DNA of 64,000 nt from Candidatus Limnocylindrales bacterium. Its GTDB lineage: Bacteria > Chloroflexota > Limnocylindria > Limnocylindrales > CSP1-4. A program made the translations under genes and the position numbers. Position 1 is the stretch's first letter. Every line of letters begins with the position of its first letter. Shown one piece after another: positions 53,681-64,000 of the stretch. The notes beneath the pieces are model-generated. The model ran no database searches and was not told where the DNA came from. It was given only the letters and a program-made list of their open reading frames with translations. The DNA is taken from the NCBI GenBank assembly GCA_036003325.1, contig DASYSM010000036.1, positions 1,941-65,940 of the forward strand, read 5' to 3'.

Positions 53681-55078
53681 TCACCGGACCGGCTCCGCGG
53701 TCACGGGCGGGATGTCGAAGTCGGCCAGGACCGTCGACAGGGCGCCGGCGAAGGTCGCGATCTCGGCCGGGGTGGTCAGCTCGGTGGCGCACACGAGCAG
53801 GCCGTCGGCCAGGCTCGCGTCGTCCGGCTCGGCGTCGGCGAGGACGAGGCCGGCGAGGACCCCCGACGCGAGCAGCCGCCGGTGGACGGTCCGCGCGTCG
53901 GGCACGCCGACGACGAACTCATTGAGGTACGGCCCCGGGTGCAGCCGCGACACCCCGACGGCGGCCAGCGCCGCCTCGAGCTCCGCGGCGCGGGCCGCCC
54001 CGAGTGCGGCGACATCGCGCAGGCCGTGCGGTCCGAGGGTCGCGAGGTAGATCGACGCGGCCAGCGCGAGCAGGGCCTGGTTCGTGCAGATGTTGCTGGC
54101 CGCCTTGTCCCGACGGATGTCCTGCTCGCGTGCGCGCATGGTCATCACGAATGCCCGCCGGCCGTCGAGGTCGGTGGTCATCCCGACCAGCCGCCCCGGG
54201 ATCTGGCGGACGAGCGCATCGGTCGAGGCCAGGATGCCGAGGTAGGGGCCGCCGTACTGTGGGGCGATGCCGAGCGGCTGACCCTCGCCCGCCGCGATGT
54301 CGGCCCCGTACGCGCCAGGCGGCGCGAGGACCGCGAGGCTGACCGGCTCGACGACGGCGACGAACAGGGCGCCCGCCGCGTGGGCGAGCCGGCCGATCTC
54401 GGGCATCGGCTCGAGCAGGCCGAGGAAGTCGGGTTGCGCGGCGATCACCCCGGCGACCGGGCGCTCGGTATCGGCCAGCATCCGCTCGAGGGCCGCCAGG
54501 TCGGTCGTGCCGGCGGCCTCGCCCTCGGCCACGAGGGGGATCTCCTCGAGCTCGAGCCCGCCCTCGAAGTAGGTCCGGGTCGTGGCGCGGTAGTGCGGGT
54601 GGACGCCCCGCGAGACGAGGACGCGCTCACGGCGGGTCGCGCGACAGGTCATGAGGGCCGCCTCGGCCGTGGCCGCGGCGCCGTCGTAGTGCGAGGCGGA
54701 GACGACGTCGAGGTCGACCAGCTCGGCCAGCAGCGATTCGTATTCGTAGATGCTCTGGAGCGTGCCCTGGCTGATCTCGGGCTGGTACGGCGTGTAGGCC
54801 GTGTACCACTCGCCGCGGAGCAGGAGCTGGTCGACCGCGGGCGGGCTCCAGTGGCGATACACCCCGGCCCCGAGGAACGAGGCGAGATCCGTCCGGTTGC
54901 GGGCGGCCAGCCCGGACAACCGTGCGGCGAGCTCGAGCTCCGGTTCAGGGTCCGGCAGGTCGAGGTGCGAGGCGCGGAGGCCGACCGGGATGTCCTCGAA
55001 CAGCTGGTCGACCGACGTCAGGCCAAGGGCACCGAGCATCCTCGCCCGGTCGTCGGCGGTATGCGGACCGTACGGCAT
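53681..55078 (-). CDS. gcvPA: Glycine dehydrogenase (decarboxylating) subunit 1
   Basis: 465 aa, with MPYGPHT..FLGAGVYRH..YTPYQPEISQG. Confidence 0.95.
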   Translation of the reverse strand: MPYGPHTADDRARMLGALGLTSVDQLFEDIPVGLRASHLDLPDPEPELELAARLSGLAARNRTDLASFLGAGVYRHWSPPAVDQLLLRGEWYTAYTPYQPEISQGTLQSIYEYESLLAELVDLDVVSASHYDGAAATAEAALMTCRATRRERVLVSRGVHPHYRATTRTYFEGGLELEEIPLVAEGEAAGTTDLAALERMLADTERPVAGVIAAQPDFLGLLEPMPEIGRLAHAAGALFVAVVEPVSLAVLAPPGAYGADIAAGEGQPLGIAPQYGGPYLGILASTDALVRQIPGRLVGMTTDLDGRRAFVMTMRAREQDIRRDKAASNICTNQALLALAASIYLATLGPHGLRDVAALGAARAAELEAALAAVGVSRLHPGPYLNEFVVGVPDARTVHRRLLASGVLAGLVLADAEPDDASLADGLLVCATELTTPAEIATFAGALSTVLADFDIPPVTAEPVR

Positions 55079-55082
55079 CGGG

Positions 55083-55463
55083 TCAGCCGGCGGCGATCAG
55101 GGCGTCGTAGGCGTCGGCGTCGAGCAGCGCGTCGACCTGACCCGCGTCGGCCACCCGCAGCCGGATCATCCAGCCGCCGCCGAACGGGTCGCTGTTGACC
55201 AGCTCCGGGCTCGGCCCGAGGTCCGGGTTCGTCCCGGTCACCTCGCCGCTCAGCGGAGCGAACAGGTCGCTCACCGCCTTGACCGACTCGACGACGCCGA
55301 AGGTCGCGAACTGGTCGAGCGTCCGGCCGGTCTCGGGCAGCTCGACGAACACGATGTCGCCCAGCTGGTCGGCTGCATAGGCGGTGATCCCGATGGTCGC
55401 CTCGTCCCCGTCGAGGCGGACCCACTCGTGGTCCTTGGTGTATCGCAGATCGCTCGGGACCAT
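55083..55463 (-). CDS. gcvH: Glycine cleavage system H protein
   Basis: Trimmed to the ATG at 55463. The sequence reads LRYTKDHEWV..VESVKAVSD (lipoyl-lysine motif). Confidence 0.93.
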   Translation of the reverse strand: MVPSDLRYTKDHEWVRLDGDEATIGITAYAADQLGDIVFVELPETGRTLDQFATFGVVESVKAVSDLFAPLSGEVTGTNPDLGPSPELVNSDPFGGGWMIRLRVADAGQVDALLDADAYDALIAAG

Positions 55464-55467
55464 GGGC

Positions 55468-56583
55468 TCAGGCACCCCTCTTGTAGAACGGCAGGGCGAC
55501 CACCCGCGCCGGGACGCGGGCATCGCGGATCTCGACATCGACAACGGTACCCGGCTCCGCGTCGCCCGGCGCGACGTAGGCCATCGCGATCGGCACGCCG
55601 AGGGTCGGCGACTGCGTCCCGCTGGTGACGATGCCCGTCCGCCGCTCACCGGCGAAGACGGTGTAGCCGTGGCGCGCGATCCCGCGGCCCTCCACGATCA
55701 ACCCGACCAGACGCCTGGCCGGTCCGTCACGGTCGACCTTCTCGAGTGGGGCACGGCCGACGAAGTCGCCGGGCTTGGTCAACTTGACGACACGCCCCAG
55801 CCCCGCCTCATACGGGTTCGTGTCGAGGTCGAGCTCGTTGCCGTAGAGCGGCATGCCGGCCTCGAGTCGGAGGGTGTCGCGAGCGCCCAGGCCGATCGGC
55901 AGGCCGCCGTGGGCGCGGACCGCCTCGAGCAGCACGTCCCACAGCTCGGCCGTCCGGGCGGTGTCGACGAACACCTCGAACCCATCCTCGCCGGTGTAGC
56001 CGGTCCGGGCGACGAGGGCGTCGATCCCGGCGACCGTGCCCTCGGCCGCGGCGTAATAGCGCAGCGCGCCCAGGTCCACGTCGGTCAGCGGGGCGAGCGT
56101 GTCGACCGCGCGCGGGCCCTGGACGGCGAGCAGGCCGGTGGCCAGCGAGCGGTCGTCGAGCACGGCCGCGAACCCGGCCAGGCGGGTCGCCAGGGCGTCC
56201 GACACGACCGGCGCATTGCCGGCGTTGGCGACGACCAGGTAGCGGATGTCGCCGAGCCGATAGACGATCAGGTCGTCGATGATCCCGCCATCGGGCGCGC
56301 AGATCATCGAATACTGGGCGCGCCCGACCGCCAGGCTCGGCGGGTCGGAGACGAGCGCCGCGGCGAGGGCATGACCGGATTCCGGCCCCTCGACATACAG
56401 CTCGCCCATGTGCGACAGATCGAACAACCCGACCCGTTCGCGGACCGTCCGGTGCTCCTCGAGGATCGAGCCGTACTGGACCGGCATCAACCAGCCGCTG
56501 AACTCGATGAGGCGGGCACCGAGGGCGCGATGCGCGTCGACCAGCGGCGTGACATGGATGGTCGCGTCCGCGGCGTCGGTCAC
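55468..56583 (-). CDS. gcvT: Glycine cleavage system aminomethyltransferase T
   Basis: 371 aa with GWLMPVQYGSILEEH and FDLSHMGE. The GTG start overlaps the Nudix stop as GTGA. Confidence 0.93.
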   Translation of the reverse strand: MTDAADATIHVTPLVDAHRALGARLIEFSGWLMPVQYGSILEEHRTVRERVGLFDLSHMGELYVEGPESGHALAAALVSDPPSLAVGRAQYSMICAPDGGIIDDLIVYRLGDIRYLVVANAGNAPVVSDALATRLAGFAAVLDDRSLATGLLAVQGPRAVDTLAPLTDVDLGALRYYAAAEGTVAGIDALVARTGYTGEDGFEVFVDTARTAELWDVLLEAVRAHGGLPIGLGARDTLRLEAGMPLYGNELDLDTNPYEAGLGRVVKLTKPGDFVGRAPLEKVDRDGPARRLVGLIVEGRGIARHGYTVFAGERRTGIVTSGTQSPTLGVPIAMAYVAPGDAEPGTVVDVEIRDARVPARVVALPFYKRGA

Positions 56584-57074
56584 GACGGTGCCTCGGCGTG
56601 CTCGCTGGCCACCGCCGCGGACCCACCGGGGACGGTCACTCCAGAGAGGACCTCGCCGGCGCGCGCCACCAGCGCCCGCTCGGTCTCGAAGGTGAGCATC
56701 GAGCCGGCGCTCTCGAACGTGATCCAGCGGACCTCGTCGAATTCGTGGTCGTGGGCCGCCAGGTCGCCGCCGACCGGTTCCATCAGGAAGTAATGGACCG
56801 TCTTGTGGATGCGGGTCCCCGACTGGACGAACCAGTACTCGATCGAATCGAGCGGGCCCGTGATCCGGACCTCGAGCCCGGTCTCCTCACGGACCTCGCG
56901 CAGGGCGGTCTCCTCGCGCGTCTCGCCCGGATTGGGCGTGCCCTTGGGCAGGGTCCAGGTCCGACCATCGCGTTCCCGCCGCCGGCTGCCGACCACCAGG
57001 CACGGCTGGCCCGATTCGTAGCGAACGACGATCCCGCCGGCGGAGGTGGCGGTCGAGGTCCTCAGCCTTGCCAC
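56580..57074 (-). CDS. NUDIX hydrolase (start uncertain: GTG at 57074 or GTG at 57200)
   Basis: The Nudix box is GTPNPGETREETALREVREETGL (Gx5Ex7REVxEETGL). The fold begins near TSAGGIVVRY, so the shorter form is preferred. Confidence 0.75.
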   Translation of the reverse strand: MARLRTSTATSAGGIVVRYESGQPCLVVGSRRRERDGRTWTLPKGTPNPGETREETALREVREETGLEVRITGPLDSIEYWFVQSGTRIHKTVHYFLMEPVGGDLAAHDHEFDEVRWITFESAGSMLTFETERALVARAGEVLSGVTVPGGSAAVASEHAEAPS

Positions 57075-57388
57075 GGCGCCGACGAGGCGCCCGGCCGGGG
57101 CGTGCCGGCGCGCCCGGATCTGGCCCACTGCATGATCACGGCCGGCCGCGGTCGACCACCGGACCGCCGGCCGGGGACGGCCGGCTGGATGGCGCGCCAC
57201 CCGGCGCGGATGCGGGCGAGGGGCGCCATGTCGGGACCGCGGACCACGGTCGCGTGCGGGGCCGGTGCGTTGAACGAGCTCGACGGACGCAGGCCCAGAC
57301 GGCGCTCCCTGACCCGGGTCGAGGGACGCACGAAATGAGCCGCCGGCCGGGCCGCGTACTTGGCCGCGATGCTGTGATCCATGGGAGG

Positions 57389-58498
57389 CTATGGTACCGG
57401 TTCGGGCGGGGCTTGCAAGGCCGAGACGAGCGCGTTGCGCATGTCGCTCGCCATCGCCGGTGCCAGCGCGCCACGGTCTTCGGCCAGGTCGATCTCGCGC
57501 CCGGCCGCGGCGGCGTACAGGTCGAGGACGCCTGGTGCGTGCCTGCGCAGGGTGTCCAGGTGGGCGACCAGCGTCCCGATGTCGCCGCGCGTCATCGGAC
57601 CGGTCAGCGCGGCCCGGATCCCGAGCGCGCGGGCGTTCCCGAGCGTGCCCTCGATGAGCGGGCCGTAGATCGCCAGCGCACCGGCCTCATCGAGTCCCGC
57701 CACCCGGCCCAGCTCGGCGATCGCGTCGAGCAGCGCCACGAAGCCGCCGGCGGCCAGCACGGCGGCCGCGTGATAGGCGGCCTTCGATCCGGGGGCCAGG
57801 CGGACGGCCGTCGCACCGATCGCCTCGGCCATCTCGGCGAGCATCGCGGCCAACTGGTCGTCGCCCTCGATCGCGACCGTGGCGCCATGCAGGGCCGCGA
57901 CGGCCCGCTCGGTCTCGGCGAACGCCACCAGCGGATGGAACGCGCCGATCTGGGTGCCGGCGGCCATGGCCGGCGCCAGGACCTCGGCCCCGAGCGCGCC
58001 GCTGGTGTGGATCATCGCCTGCCCGCCGTACATCCGGAGCGATCGGGCCAGCCCCGCGATCGCGTCGTCGGGCACGGCCAGGATGATCAGCTCGACCTCA
58101 TCGAGGATCGGCTCGGGATCGGCGAAGACGCGGCTGACCTCGACGAGCGAGCGGAAGCGCTCCCGATTGGCGGCGTCCCGGCTGGCGACCGCCTGGATCG
58201 GCCAGCCGCCGCGGCTCAGGGCCAGTCCGAGCGCCGTGCCCACATGGCCCGCGCCGACGATGCCGATGATGGGCGGCTCGCCCGGGCTCGAATGGACATG
58301 CGGGTGCGTGTGCTCGCTGGTGTCCTCGGGGTCGTGACGATGCGCGCCGGGGTGGGGCGGGTCGAGGTCGATCCCGGCCGCCTCGACGGCGGCCGCGGTC
58401 TCGGCGTGCTCCACCGCTCGTCGGGCGTCATGGTCGGCCGCCCGGTCGTCTCGGTGGCCGGCCGGATCGTCGCCGGGCAGGTCGCCCCAGGCCTTCAT
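57389..58498 (-). CDS. Rossmann-fold NAD(P)-binding oxidoreductase with a DUF2520 C-terminal domain and a His/Asp-rich N-terminal extension
   Basis: IIGIVGAGHVG is the dinucleotide fold. YHAAAVLAAGG and LTGPMTRGD are typical of DUF2520 proteins. An N-terminal stretch of about 75 aa (..DPPHPGAHRHDPEDTSEHTHPHVHSS) precedes the fold. Confidence 0.7.
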   Translation of the reverse strand: MKAWGDLPGDDPAGHRDDRAADHDARRAVEHAETAAAVEAAGIDLDPPHPGAHRHDPEDTSEHTHPHVHSSPGEPPIIGIVGAGHVGTALGLALSRGGWPIQAVASRDAANRERFRSLVEVSRVFADPEPILDEVELIILAVPDDAIAGLARSLRMYGGQAMIHTSGALGAEVLAPAMAAGTQIGAFHPLVAFAETERAVAALHGATVAIEGDDQLAAMLAEMAEAIGATAVRLAPGSKAAYHAAAVLAAGGFVALLDAIAELGRVAGLDEAGALAIYGPLIEGTLGNARALGIRAALTGPMTRGDIGTLVAHLDTLRRHAPGVLDLYAAAAGREIDLAEDRGALAPAMASDMRNALVSALQAPPEPVP

Positions 58499-58677
58499 CG
58501 GGATCGTGCCGTGGCCGGCCCGGGTCGTCGCTGTCGCACGGCCCGAGTGTAGCGACCACGTCGGCGCGGCCGCGCCCGGGCCGTCCTATACTGGAGGCCG
58601 ATTCGACCCGGGGCGGGCGCACCCGCCCGGCGCCGACTGACCCCGCGCACATGCGCGGACGATGAAGGAGGCGCATC

Positions 58678-61428
<2,751 letters not shown>

Positions 61429-61459
61429 GCGGACCGTTACCGAGCCGGCCCGGACACGA

Positions 61460-61491
61460 AGAAGCCCTCGGGGGAGGAACCGAGGGCTTCT
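61460..61491. terminator. Bidirectional stem-loop between convergent acnA and the channel gene
   Basis: GAAGCCCTCGG-gggaggaa-CCGAGGGCTTC (11-bp stem). On the minus strand TTCGTGTCC follows. Confidence 0.5.
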
Positions 61492-61561
61492 GCGCGGAGG
61501 AGCGGGTTGGTGTCGCCCGTTCTGACGACCGGCCCTTCCACGGCGTGACGTCCTCGGCAGG

Positions 61562-62275
61562 TCATTCTTCCGGCTGTCCACCCGGCTCGCTGCGGCGCAG
61601 CGTTCGACCGACGTTGCCGACCAGGAGGGCGACCGCCGACACGAGATAGAGCTGGCCGATCAGCCCCTCCGATACGGCTGCCATCCGCCCGACGCTGGTG
61701 GCCGCCGTGAAGTCGCCGAAGCCGATGGTCGCGAGCGTGGTGTAGCTGAAGTAGATGTAGTCCGAGGCGTCGGGCGTGGCCGTCTGGACGAAGAACGGCG
61801 CGTGGGTCAGCGTGGCCACGAGCGGGAACAGGTACGCATAGGCGAGTCCGAGCAACAGGTAGATCGCCAATGCGCCGAGGACCAGGCGGACCGTGATGGT
61901 CGGACTGAGCACGATCCGTCGCAGGATGACGATCGGGGCGACGATCGCGAGCAGGAGACCGACCAACCCCGCGGTCGCGGTCGGGACCGCGCTGCCGGCG
62001 TAGTAGGCGGCGGCCGCGGTCAGGATCGCCAGGCCGACCACGACCGCAGCCGCGCGGAAGGTCCGCCCATGCGCTCCGGCGGTATGCAGGACGAACAGGA
62101 GCGTTCCGCCGCTCAGCGCCACGCTCGCCAGCTCGCCGATCGGCCCGTCGGCCGCGGCGAAGATGCTGACGGTCAGGAGGATGAGGACGAGCGCGACCCC
62201 GAAGTCGTCCTCCCGCGCGAGCAACCGGCGCGCCGCCTTGCGGCGCGTTTCGTCGGGCTGCCGGATGGACATCAT
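61562..62275 (-). CDS. Potassium channel-like membrane protein (pore-loop TIGFGD)
   Basis: 237 aa with several TM helices. The pore helix and selectivity-filter-like sequence is YFSYTTLATIGFGDF. Confidence 0.75.
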   Translation of the reverse strand: MMSIRQPDETRRKAARRLLAREDDFGVALVLILLTVSIFAAADGPIGELASVALSGGTLLFVLHTAGAHGRTFRAAAVVVGLAILTAAAAYYAGSAVPTATAGLVGLLLAIVAPIVILRRIVLSPTITVRLVLGALAIYLLLGLAYAYLFPLVATLTHAPFFVQTATPDASDYIYFSYTTLATIGFGDFTAATSVGRMAAVSEGLIGQLYLVSAVALLVGNVGRTLRRSEPGGQPEE

Positions 62276-62466
62276 GGTCCAGGGATGGTAGGCCGGTTCG
62301 ACCCCTCGGCGGCGTGCCGGTGAGCACGCTCGTGCCGGACCAGCGTGTCGACGGCGTTGTGCGGAAGGGGCTCGAAGACGGTGACGAAGGCCTGGACGTG
62401 GCGGGTGGCCAGGCGATCTCGGCAGGACGAGCCGACGCCGAAGTCACCTGTCCCACGCACGTGCAT
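62272..62466 (-). CDS. Hypothetical 64-aa ORF translationally coupled (ATGA) to the channel gene
   Basis: High GC3, and its stop overlaps the channel ATG. No recognisable family, so it could be spurious. Confidence 0.25.
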   Translation of the reverse strand: MHVRGTGDFGVGSSCRDRLATRHVQAFVTVFEPLPHNAVDTLVRHERAHRHAAEGSNRPTIPGP

Positions 62467-62641
62467 GCTGCTGAGGATGCCAGACCGAGCCTACGTACCG
62501 CCCGATCATCAGCACGCTCCGCCGCCTGGTCGGCGCCGACGGCTGGTACCTGTCTTTCTTCGACGAGGAGCGGGCCGTGCGTGTCGACGAGGACGGCGAT
62601 GCGGGTCTGGCAGAGCTCGGGGCCCGACCGTTCCAGGGAAG

Positions 62642-62718
62642 TGGTGGGCGATACTGGATTCGAACCAGTGACCTCGCGGATGTGAACCGCGCGCTCTAAC
62701 CGACTGAGCCAATCGCCC
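62642..62718 (-). tRNA. tRNA-Val (anticodon CAC), CCA encoded
   Basis: The reverse complement is GGGCGAT-TG-GCTCAGTCGGTTAGAGC-G-CGCGG-TTCACAT-CCGCG-AGGTC-ACTGG-TTCGAAT-CCAGT-ATCGCCC-A-CCA. It folds into a perfect cloverleaf with all four stems fully paired. Confidence 0.93.
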
Positions 62719-62733
62719 GGGAACGTCGGGCGA

Positions 62734-63015
62734 TCATACCCGGAGCCCCGGCCAGCGGGCAACGATCGCCTCCGGGTCGACCCCGTCGATGACGACCAGC
62801 TTCTGGCGGCTGGTCGCGCCGGCGACGATGCGGACATCGCGACGGGCGACGTCGAGCTCGTCGGCGAGGATGCGGATGAGGGCGGCGTTCGCCGCCCCTT
62901 CGACCGCGGGCGCCATCACCCGGACCTTGAGGACCCCGTCGACCACCTCCTCGACGCGCTCGACCGCGGACCGCGGCGTGATGCGGACGGCGAAGCGGGC
63001 GGTCGGGAAACTCAC
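62734..63015 (-). CDS. DUF167 (YggU-like) protein
   Basis: The sequence reads ..VRITPRSAVERVEEVVDGVLKVRVMAPAVEGAANAALIRILADEL... I prefer the GTG at 63015 because the upstream part of the 122-aa track ORF uses rare codons (AAA, AGA, GCA). Confidence 0.7.
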   Translation of the reverse strand: MSFPTARFAVRITPRSAVERVEEVVDGVLKVRVMAPAVEGAANAALIRILADELDVARRDVRIVAGATSRQKLVVIDGVDPEAIVARWPGLRV

Positions 63016-63112
63016 GATCCCGGAAGGCGCGCCATGGGGGCGTCTTGCACGGACGGCATCGGCCCCGAGTCTACCAGCCGTGTCCGCCAGGGGGCCTTTC
63101 AACCGCCTCGCA

Positions 63113-63841
63113 TCATCCGTGCGGCTCGTGCGGGTGATGGCGCTCGCCGAACAGCGCCCGGCCGACGCGGACGATCGTCGCGCCCTCCTCGATGGCGAGC
63201 TCGAAGTCGTCGGTCATCCCCATCGACAGCTCCGGGCCGAGCTCGGGCCAGCGTGCGCGAGACCGCTCCGAGAGAGCGCGCAGGCCCTGGAACGTCCGGC
63301 GAGCCTCGGTCGCGTCCGCGGTCAGTCGGCCGACGGTCATCAGGCCGCGGACGGCGAGGTGCCGCAGCCCGAGAAGGTCCGGGAGCGCGGCGTCGAGGTC
63401 GACCACCGCGAACCCCGCCTTGGCCGGATCCTCGTCCACGTTGACCTGGACCAGGACCGGGTAGGGCTCGCCCGGCCGGACCTCCGGCACGAGACGGTCG
63501 AGCCGCCGGGCGAGCTCGACCGTGTGCACCGTCTGGATCGCATCGAACACCTCGAGCGCCCGGCGGGCCTTGTTCGACTGGAGGGGGCCGATGAGCTCCC
63601 AGCGCGCGCCGGGCACCTCGGGCGCCTTGGAGGCCCCCTCCTGGACCCGGTTCTCCCCGAGCCGATCGAGGCCGGCCGCCACCGCGTCGCGCAGTGCCTC
63701 CGCGGCGACCGTCTTGGAGACGGCGACCAGAGACACCTCCGCGGTCGCCCGTCCCGCGCGGGCGCAGGCATCCGCGATGCGGGCGAGCACGTGCTCGCGG
63801 GCGGCGCGATAGGCCTCGACGCGCGACGTCGGGTCGATCAT
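63113..63841 (-). CDS. yggS: YggS-family pyridoxal-phosphate homeostasis protein (YlmE)
   Basis: 242 aa with LVAVSKT (PLP lysine), IGPLQSNK and SMGMTDD. Confidence 0.88.
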   Translation of the reverse strand: MIDPTSRVEAYRAAREHVLARIADACARAGRATAEVSLVAVSKTVAAEALRDAVAAGLDRLGENRVQEGASKAPEVPGARWELIGPLQSNKARRALEVFDAIQTVHTVELARRLDRLVPEVRPGEPYPVLVQVNVDEDPAKAGFAVVDLDAALPDLLGLRHLAVRGLMTVGRLTADATEARRTFQGLRALSERSRARWPELGPELSMGMTDDFELAIEEGATIVRVGRALFGERHHPHEPHG

Positions 63842-63869
63842 GCGCGGATGGCCGGCACGCCGGCCAGGA

Positions 63870-64000
63870 TCACTTCCGGCGGAGGAAGCTCGGGATCTCC
63901 AGGTCGTCGGCGTCGTACGTCGTCGAGCGCTTGGTCGGGACCGGCTCGCCGACGCTCCGCTCGACCCGCGGTGCCGCGACCACGGCGGCGGCCTGATCGT
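63870..64000 (-). CDS. ftsZ: Cell division protein FtsZ, C-terminal end only (the gene continues beyond the window)
   Basis: Hand translation of the reverse complement ends ..TKRSTTYDADDLEIPSFLRRK*. This is the conserved FtsZ C-terminal peptide, and the position upstream of yggS/ylmE fits the tail of a dcw cluster. Confidence 0.8.
   Translation of the reverse strand, partial: DQAAAVVAAPRVERSVGEPVPTKRSTTYDADDLEIPSFLRRK

Noticed and set aside
56584-57388. A glycine riboswitch upstream of gcvT.
   Set aside because: gcvT overlaps the Nudix stop. The reverse-complement sequence further upstream lacks the tandem GGAGAG...ACCGAAGG.GCAA aptamer cores.
61437-62837. A 466-aa minus-strand ORF spanning the channel gene, the intergenic region and the tRNA.
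   Set aside because: It runs through the tRNA-Val gene and is out of frame with the channel gene. Its composition is typical of spurious high-GC frames.

Overview
This is a very GC-rich, gene-dense bacterial chromosomal segment, Actinobacteria- or Chloroflexi-like by eye. It is overwhelmingly housekeeping. I found no transposase, integrase, CRISPR array, rRNA or recognisable defence or toxin module.

About 85% of genes are on the minus strand. Many neighbours are joined by 4-nt ATGA or GTGA stop/start overlaps. I used these overlaps to trim the over-long ORFs in the supplied track.

Content from left to right:
- a partial FMN alpha-hydroxy-acid dehydrogenase and pcrA
- a LolA/LprG-like lipoprotein and a small Cys-rich membrane ORF
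- a GNAT plus enolase-superfamily pair
- groES-groEL with a sigma70-like promoter and a CIRCE operator
- lipoprotein, tatD and metG
- DUF1269 and a 1193-aa zinc-ribbon/class III cyclase/STAND-ATPase/TPR protein
- a 13-kb, 10-cistron purine block (purA-D-B-C-S-Q-L-F-M, then an in-frame purN-purH fusion)
- a TM-HAMP-GGDEF-HD-GYP protein, a VOC protein and a stand-alone ssb paralog
- a coupled chain of CN-hydrolase glutaminase, nadE, rsmI and a Ca2+/H+ antiporter
- an orphan family-5 solute-binding lipoprotein that appears circularly permuted
- two tandem Opp/Dpp-type ABC operons
- gcvT-H-PA-PB preceded by a Nudix gene and a DUF2520 gene
- acnA, a K+ channel-like gene, tRNA-Val(CAC), DUF167, yggS and the 3' end of ftsZ

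The most unusual observations are the permuted binding protein, the PurN-PurH fusion, and a terminator-like leader in front of purA.

All start codons and motif coordinates were derived by hand from the sequence. No searches were run.
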